A DNA stretch of 31,154 bases, from NCBI GenBank assembly GCA_041742355.1, contig JBGSIV010000256.1, positions 1 to 31,154 on the forward strand, given 5' to 3'. This stretch comes from Candidatus Zixiibacteriota bacterium. Its GTDB lineage: Bacteria; Zixibacteria; MSB-5A5; GN15; FEB-12. Of this stretch, positions 25,469 through 31,154 are shown one piece after another (positions within the stretch are counted from its first letter, which is position 1; each line of letters begins with the position of its first letter). Position numbers and translations under genes: made by a program. The notes under the pieces are model-generated. The model was not told the DNA's origin and did no database searches. It worked only from the letters and a program-made list of their open reading frames with translations.

Positions 25469-26904
25469 AAGCCGCAGTCGTTACCACCTCCAGGGAAATA
25501 TTACCTTTTGCCAACAATACACTGATGTTTGGAAAAATTCGAAAGCTGTACTTCGTCGGGATCGGCGGCTCCGGAATGTCCGGTATCGCTGAGATACTGC
25601 ACAACCTCGGGTTCGAGATCAGCGGGTCGGACCAGACGCCGTCGGATATCACCCGCTACCTCACCGAACGGGGCGTGCGCATTTACGACAGCCACGACGC
25701 CGCCAATATCCGTGAAGCCGAAGTGGTGGTAATCTCGTCGGCGGTGGGCGAGGCCAACCCTGAGGTGGTTGAGGCGCGGCGGCTGGGGATCCCTGTGATC
25801 AAGCGGGCGGAGATGCTCGGCGAGCTGATGCGGCTGAAGTTTTCGATCGGGGTGGCCGGCACGCACGGCAAAACCACGACGACTTCGATGGTCGGGCGGA
25901 TCCTGCAGACGGGCGGGCTCAAGCCGACGATCATTGTGGGCGGGGTGGTGGCCGAACTGGGCACCGGCGCGGCGCTCGGCGGCGGCGAGTACCTCGTGGC
26001 CGAAGCGGATGAGTACGACAAGTCGTTCCTCTCCATGTTCCCGACGATGGCGGTCGTGACCAACGTCGAGCCGGATCACCTCGAGTGCTACAACGGCATG
26101 GAGGATTTGACTAATTCGTTCCTGACCTATATGAACCGCGTGCCGTTCTACGGCTCGGTCGTGCTGTCGGCCGACAACGATAATCTCATCCATCTCCGTG
26201 AGCGGCTGACACGGCCGTTCGTGACCTTCGGTTTCTCCGTGGATGCGGATTACCGCGCGATGGAGATGAGGATGGAGCCCGGGCGGTCAGTCTTCTCGGT
26301 GTTTCGCCGGGGGCAGTTGCTCGGGGAGATCATCCTGCGGGTGCCGGGAAAGCACAATGTAGCTAATGCACTGGCGGCGGTCGCGGCGTGCACCGAGCTG
26401 GGTGTTCCGTTTGAGATCATCGCCGATGGTCTGCGCGGGTTTACGGGAGTCGGCCGCCGGTTCGAGTATGTTGGTGAAGTCAACGGGATCACGGTGGTGG
26501 ACGACTACGCGCACCACCCGACCGAAGTGGAGGCGACCTTGCGGACGGCCAAGGATGTGTACGGCCGCCGCGTCATCGTTGTATTCCAGCCGCATCTGTT
26601 CACGCGCACGCGGGAATTCGTCGGCGAGTTCGCCGATGCTCTCGCAATCGCCGACAAGTGCCTGCTGGTGGATATCTATCCGGCGCGGGAGAAACCGATC
26701 GAAGGTGTGGTCTCCGAGATCATCCAGACCAATGCGGCCGAGAAGGGGATTGGCGATTTCACCTGTATCGGCCAGCGGACGAATGTGCCGGAGGCCGTGG
26801 CAAAGGTAGCCCGGCCGGGCGACCTCGTGATTACGATGGGCGCCGGCTCAATTACCCTTGAACGCAAAAACATTCTGGAAGCGTTGAAGAAACAATGCAA
26901 GTAA
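25465..26904 (+). CDS. murC: UDP-MurNAc:L-Ala ligase (alternative start ATG 25525)
   Basis: FVGIGGSGMSG, RAEML, GTHGKTTT, EADEYD, DHLE, GVGRRF, DDYAHHPTE, FQPH, MGAG. GTGA overlap with the murG stop. Confidence 0.97.
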   Translation: MKAAVVTTSREILPFANNTLMFGKIRKLYFVGIGGSGMSGIAEILHNLGFEISGSDQTPSDITRYLTERGVRIYDSHDAANIREAEVVVISSAVGEANPEVVEARRLGIPVIKRAEMLGELMRLKFSIGVAGTHGKTTTTSMVGRILQTGGLKPTIIVGGVVAELGTGAALGGGEYLVAEADEYDKSFLSMFPTMAVVTNVEPDHLECYNGMEDLTNSFLTYMNRVPFYGSVVLSADNDNLIHLRERLTRPFVTFGFSVDADYRAMEMRMEPGRSVFSVFRRGQLLGEIILRVPGKHNVANALAAVAACTELGVPFEIIADGLRGFTGVGRRFEYVGEVNGITVVDDYAHHPTEVEATLRTAKDVYGRRVIVVFQPHLFTRTREFVGEFADALAIADKCLLVDIYPAREKPIEGVVSEIIQTNAAEKGIGDFTCIGQRTNVPEAVAKVARPGDLVITMGAGSITLERKNILEALKKQCK

Positions 26905-27692
26905 ACGGGAAGAGATTCCGCCTGACGGCGCTGGTGCTGCTCGTGATCGGGCTGGTATTGACCGTGACCGTGAACTTCACCGACGCCTGCCGCCTGCGGG
27001 CGGTGACGCTCGACGGCAAGCCGGTTGAGAACTGGCAAGCGAAGTTCAGCATGTTGCGATCGGCTCCGCTGAGTTCGCAACCGGTGGATCGCCTGGCGAA
27101 GCAGTTGCTGGCCGACGCCGACGTATTCAAGGTCGACGTTACGTTCAAGCTGCCGGGAGAGATCGATATCCGTACCAACGAGTTCGAGCCGGTCTGCTTC
27201 GTGCTCGGCCAGGAAACGGGCAAGCTGTTTGGATTAAACAGCCGGGCGCGGCTGATTGCCCTGGACTACGAGCGTATCGTCTGGGAACAGCCGGTTTTCA
27301 CTGGCCTGGTGACCGGGGCGCTGCACTCATTTTGCAAGGATCCCCGGGTGGTGCTGGTGCTCGACCAACTGGAAGAACTGCGGCATGCGCGGGCCGACCT
27401 GTACCGGCTGGTCGACGAGATTGATTTCAGCGAGAAGGATTTCCTGACGGTGGCGATTGCCGGGCTGCCGTACCGGCTGACCGCGCGGGCCGATCGGCTC
27501 AACGAGGATTTTGACCGGTTCGTGGAGTTCACCCGCAACTACCAAACGAATCTCACCGGCGTCGAGCGGGTTGATTTGCGGTACGACGAAATGATTATTT
27601 GCGCCCTCTCGAAAGAAGAGATGAAGCGGCGCGAAGAAGAAGCGAAAGAGAAGGCGAAACTCGCCGCCGATTCGCTGAAGGCGATGGACTGA
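26895..27692 (+). CDS. ftsQ: Cell division protein FtsQ/DivIB-like
   Basis: Lies between murC and ftsA; short basic N-terminus, one TM, POTRA-like V.V...LPG.I.I...E..P, C-terminal VDLRY. Confidence 0.8.
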   Translation: MQVNGKRFRLTALVLLVIGLVLTVTVNFTDACRLRAVTLDGKPVENWQAKFSMLRSAPLSSQPVDRLAKQLLADADVFKVDVTFKLPGEIDIRTNEFEPVCFVLGQETGKLFGLNSRARLIALDYERIVWEQPVFTGLVTGALHSFCKDPRVVLVLDQLEELRHARADLYRLVDEIDFSEKDFLTVAIAGLPYRLTARADRLNEDFDRFVEFTRNYQTNLTGVERVDLRYDEMIICALSKEEMKRREEEAKEKAKLAADSLKAMD

Positions 27693-27699
27693 ACGGATT

Positions 27700-28926
27700 A
27701 TGGCGACCGAAAACATCATAGCGGCTCTTGACATCGGTACGACCAAGATTGTGTGTGTGGTCGGCGAGATGGACAGCGACGGCCGTCTTTATGTGATCGG
27801 TCACGGCCAGTGCCAGTCGGAGGGACTCCGCCGCGGTGTGCTGGTCGATATGGACAAGACGATGCGGTCGATCCGCAAGGCGGTCGACGATGCCGCGCTG
27901 GTTTCCGGCACGGAGATCGACCGGGTGACGGTCGGAATCGCCGGGGAGCATATCCGGTCGATCAACTCGCACGGGGTGATTGCGGTTAACCGGGCGGACA
28001 ACGAAATCACGATGGCCGATGTACAGAAGGCGGTCGACGCGGCGCGAACGGTGTCGATTCCGGTCGACCGCGAGATCATCCACGTGATCCCACAGGAGTA
28101 CGCGGTCGATGACCAGACCGGGATCAAGGATCCGATCGGAATGTCCGGGGTGCGGCTCGAGGTAGAGGCGCATATCGTGACCGCCTCGGTGACCACGGCC
28201 CGGAACATCTACCGGGCGCTGGAGCGGTGCGCACTCGATGCGGATCATATCGTACTCGAATCGCTGGCGTTGTCCGAAGCGCTGTTGACGCCGGAGGAGA
28301 CGCGCAACGGGGTAGTGGTGGTCGATATCGGCGGCGAGTTGACCAATATCTCGATTTTCCATGAAGGGGCGATCCGGCACACGGCTACGGTGGGGCTGGG
28401 GGGCCGGAACGTTACCAACGACATAGCAATCGGCCTGCGCACGACGGTGGAGCAGGCGGAGTCGCTGAAGCTGGCCCACGGCGCCGCGCTGGCGTCGATG
28501 GTCGATGCCGAGGAAATGATCCAGGTCGAGAGTGCGGCGGGCGGCGGCCCGAAGGAGATTTCGCGCAACGTGCTGGCATCGATTATCGAGCCGCGAATGG
28601 AAGAGATCCTCGCGCTGGTGATCCGCGAACTGCGCCGCGCCGAAGTCGAGGACATCCTGGCGTCCGGTATGGTTATTACCGGCGGCGGATCAAGACTGGC
28701 GGGGACGATCGACCTGGCCGAACAGATGCTCGATATGCCGGTGCGGTCGGCCTCGATTCGGGGCTTCGAGAGTATTCCGGATGAGTTGAACAATGCCTGT
28801 TATGCGACCGCGCACGGTCTGCTGGTCTACGGCTTCCACAACGAGCCGGAGGCGACCAGCACGACCTCGGGTAAGGTGCGCGGTATTCTGAAACGGTTCG
28901 AAAGGTGGATTTCAAATCAGTTTTAA
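27700..28926 (+). CDS. ftsA: Cell division protein FtsA
   Basis: [50 protein letters not shown]. Confidence 0.98.
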   Translation: MATENIIAALDIGTTKIVCVVGEMDSDGRLYVIGHGQCQSEGLRRGVLVDMDKTMRSIRKAVDDAALVSGTEIDRVTVGIAGEHIRSINSHGVIAVNRADNEITMADVQKAVDAARTVSIPVDREIIHVIPQEYAVDDQTGIKDPIGMSGVRLEVEAHIVTASVTTARNIYRALERCALDADHIVLESLALSEALLTPEETRNGVVVVDIGGELTNISIFHEGAIRHTATVGLGGRNVTNDIAIGLRTTVEQAESLKLAHGAALASMVDAEEMIQVESAAGGGPKEISRNVLASIIEPRMEEILALVIRELRRAEVEDILASGMVITGGGSRLAGTIDLAEQMLDMPVRSASIRGFESIPDELNNACYATAHGLLVYGFHNEPEATSTTSGKVRGILKRFERWISNQF

Positions 28927-28951
28927 TGCTACATCTCCATGGAGGAACCCG

Positions 28952-30265
28952 ATGACTGATCACAAGCACACCTTCAATTTCGCCGAAGACTTCATTGGCT
29001 ATGCCAATATCAAGGTCGTCGGCGTCGGCGGCGGAGGCGGCAACGCCATCAACCGCATGATTGAAGCCCGGCTCCAGGGTGTGGAGTTCATTGCGATCAA
29101 CACCGATGCGCAGGTCCTCGACAGCAATCGGGCGGACAAGAAGGTCCAGATCGGCCTTGATCTGACGGGCGGACTCGGCGCCGGGGCGAATGCCGAGGTT
29201 GGCCGCAAGGCGGCCGAGGAGAGCCGGGCGCAGATCGCCGAAGCAATGGGCAAACCGAATCTCGTCTTCATTACGGCGGGTATGGGCGGTGGCACCGGGA
29301 CCGGTGCCGCTCCGGCGGTGGCGGAAATCGCCCGCGAAGCGGGCGCGCTGACGGTGGCTATTGTCACCAAACCGTTCCGCTTCGAAGGCCCGCACCGCGT
29401 GAAGCGGGCCGACGCCGGCCTCGATGAGCTGCGCTCCAAAGTCGACACGCTCATCACGATCCCCAACGAGCGACTGCTGCAGATTGTCGATCGCAAGACG
29501 CCGCTGGTGGACGCGTTCAAAGTCGCCGACGAAGTTCTGCACCAGGCGACCAAGGGTATTTCGGACCTCATCACGATTCCCGGCCTGATCAACTGCGATT
29601 TCGCGGATGTGCGCACGGTCATGCTGGAGCGCGGCGACGCCCTCATGGGGACCGGGTACGGCAAGGGAGAAGAAAAGGCTATCGACGCCGCGCAGCAGGC
29701 GATTTCATCGCCGCTGCTGGAGAATGTCTCGATCTGCGGCGCGCGCGGCGTGCTGATCAATGTGACTGGCGGCGAAGACATGACGCTCTTTGACGTCAAT
29801 ACCGCAACCTCGCTCATCTATGAAGCGGCGGGCAATAACGCCAATATCATTTTCGGGGCGGTGATCGATCCGACGATGAACGACGAGATGCGGGTGACTG
29901 TGATCGCGACCGGGTTCGGCGCGGCCGACGCCAAGCGCGTACAGGTTGAGCGGGAAGAGCTGGAGCGGGTGGTGCGCGAAACGCCGGCCGGTAAGCCGAT
30001 GTCCCTGTTCCCGGAAACGGTCGAGCAGGTCGAGCCCGAGCTGCAGATGCGGCGGGAGCCGGTTGAGATCACTCCGCCGGTGGAAGAACCGGTGGCGGCG
30101 GCAGCCGACACCGGCGGTGTGCCGGACTACTTCGGCGAACCGATCGGTGGAAACGGTCACGGGAACGGGAATGGACACGGCAAAGTCAGGCCGCGAGTTC
30201 CTCTGTTCACGGATTCGGATCGGACAGTGCCGGCGTATCTGCGCCGCCTGACCGACGAGCGCTAG
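28952..30265 (+). CDS. ftsZ: Cell division GTPase FtsZ
   Basis: [27 protein letters not shown] tubulin signature, NCDFADV, IIFGA, C-terminal peptide VPAYLRR. Confidence 0.99.
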   Translation: MTDHKHTFNFAEDFIGYANIKVVGVGGGGGNAINRMIEARLQGVEFIAINTDAQVLDSNRADKKVQIGLDLTGGLGAGANAEVGRKAAEESRAQIAEAMGKPNLVFITAGMGGGTGTGAAPAVAEIAREAGALTVAIVTKPFRFEGPHRVKRADAGLDELRSKVDTLITIPNERLLQIVDRKTPLVDAFKVADEVLHQATKGISDLITIPGLINCDFADVRTVMLERGDALMGTGYGKGEEKAIDAAQQAISSPLLENVSICGARGVLINVTGGEDMTLFDVNTATSLIYEAAGNNANIIFGAVIDPTMNDEMRVTVIATGFGAADAKRVQVEREELERVVRETPAGKPMSLFPETVEQVEPELQMRREPVEITPPVEEPVAAAADTGGVPDYFGEPIGGNGHGNGNGHGKVRPRVPLFTDSDRTVPAYLRRLTDER

Positions 30266-30267
30266 AG

Positions 30268-30645
30268 GATAGCCTGCCGCCGATTGGGACTTCCTCAGGT
30301 ATGGCATCCGGCGGCAGGACTGTTGAACCCCCCCGGCAAGCGGGGATTCCGACGCACATTGTAGTGACAGGATCGCTCCGGCATTCCGGGGTGGCTCTCT
30401 GAATACGAATTGGTCTCGCCCTGTACCGGGCGTGACCGGAAATTGGCCGGACAACAACCGGGCAACCGACAACGAAGAGGAAAAACAACTGAAGAGTGAT
30501 CTGGGGACGGTTATCAGCACGCTCCACGGCCGGTGATCGTTCTAACACCCAAGGACCATACATCATGGAATAGGGCGAAGGCTCTATTGTACTTGGTTCC
30601 TCCACAGTGCCGCCGGCCAAACTACCCTGCCGGCGGTATTTTTTT
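30268..30645 (+). ncRNA. Candidate structured non-coding RNA or long structured 3' UTR downstream of ftsZ (family unknown)
   Basis: About 380 nt with no convincing ORF, filled by a chain of about 7 hairpins with several G-U pairs and an A-rich linker, ending in a terminator. Confidence 0.4.
30607..30645 (+). terminator. Intrinsic terminator ending the dcw/ftsZ transcript
   Basis: GTGCCGCCGGC (30607-30617) / 11-nt loop / GCCGGCGGTAT (30629-30639) followed by a T-run to 30645. Confidence 0.85.
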
Positions 30646-30650
30646 GGGGT

Positions 30651-30679
30651 TTGCGGAAAAGGATAACCAGGTATATTAT
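30651..30679 (+). promoter_or_regulatory. Sigma70-type promoter of the terminal lipoprotein gene
   Basis: TTGCGG (30651-30656), 17 bp, TATTAT (30674-30679). SD AAGGAGG at 30704-30710. Confidence 0.55.
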
Positions 30680-30716
30680 TGTCAGAGGTGAAGATTGACG
30701 TCGAAGGAGGGACCGT

Positions 30717-31148
30717 ATGCGCACAGTGATCGGGCTGCTCGGATTGTCGTTGCTGATGTGGATGGCGACGACAGGCTGCGAGGATGATCCGCCGGACGAA
30801 CTGCTTTCGGTGACGGTGGTCGATCGGATACTGGCGGCGGGAGCCTATCGGACCTGCTGGGATCAACTGGACAACAACGGGGATCCGGTTCCGGCAAGGG
30901 GCTACTCGGTCTGGGTGGAATCGGGCAACGGCTGGGACACGTCGATGCTCTTCCATATCTACTCGGAGGCGGTACACGTCCCGTCGCCCGGCTGCGACAG
31001 CGTCAATGTCAAGAAGGGCGTACCCGAGCACTATGGGGCAAGGTTGAACGACTCGGTCTTCGCGCCGGGGGATTCGATCATGATCGACTTTGACGTCCCA
31101 ACAGAGGATTCGATCACCGTACGCATCCACGAATTGGGGCCCATTTAG
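30717..31148 (+). CDS. Lipoprotein with an FlgD-Ig/T9SS-CTD-like domain, apparently circularly permuted
   Basis: Strong SD, signal peptide with lipobox TTG|C21, DRILAAGAY...WDQLDNNGDPVP...Y motif and C-terminal IDFDVP...ITVRIHELG. Confidence 0.75.
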   Translation: MRTVIGLLGLSLLMWMATTGCEDDPPDELLSVTVVDRILAAGAYRTCWDQLDNNGDPVPARGYSVWVESGNGWDTSMLFHIYSEAVHVPSPGCDSVNVKKGVPEHYGARLNDSVFAPGDSIMIDFDVPTEDSITVRIHELGPI

Positions 31149-31154
31149 GCCGTT

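Noticed and set aside
30301..30402. 33-codon ORF MASGGRTVEPPRQ... after ftsZ
   Set aside because: No properly spaced SD, start lies inside a strong hairpin, and there are no protein features.
30266..30645. RNase P RNA, tmRNA, SRP or CsrB identity for the post-ftsZ tract
   Set aside because: No GAGGAAAGTCC or CGGCTTA RNase P boxes, no tRNA-like ends or tag ORF, no SRP motif. GGA motifs are not clearly enriched or placed in loops.
5721..31148. Bacteroidota-type O-glycosylation sequons D-(S/T)-(A/I/L/V/M/T) in exported proteins (7 in the PorZ-like protein, 4 in the last lipoprotein)
   Set aside because: They also occur in cytoplasmic MurE, MurD and FtsZ. Enrichment cannot be established from this small sample.
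1..31154. CRISPR arrays, IS or prophage elements, tRNA/rRNA, defence systems
   Set aside because: No spaced direct repeats, transposase, integrase or nuclease motifs, or tRNA/rRNA signatures were seen.

Overview
GC-rich bacterial chromosomal window with 25 supportable CDS and no CRISPR array, mobile element, tRNA or rRNA. Several proteins carry FlgD-Ig/T9SS type-A C-terminal domains (CTDs), which suggests an FCB-group lineage outside Bacteroidota such as Zixibacteria (inference). Left part: a 5'-truncated, catalytically degenerate pdxJ homologue, rluD, purM (probably leaderless) and an archaeal-type phosphoglycerate mutase. Next comes a tightly overlapping lnt / PorZ-like beta-propeller / FemAB-type GNAT / GT4 / GT4 operon that meets a convergent gingipain-family C25 protease. 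Right part: the dcw cluster (mraZ-rsmH-ftsL-ftsI-murE-murF-mraY-murD-ftsW-murG-murC-ftsQ-ftsA-ftsZ), a ~380-nt highly structured non-coding tract ending in a terminator, and a small lipoprotein. Best leads: (1) a possible T9SS-like protein-to-glycan anchoring locus (PorZ-like, VimA-like and VimF-like genes plus C25); (2) a lipoprotein that looks like a circularly permuted FlgD-Ig/CTD domain; (3) a candidate novel structured RNA after ftsZ; (4) an apparent ATT start codon for murE; (5) a PdxJ pseudo-enzyme.
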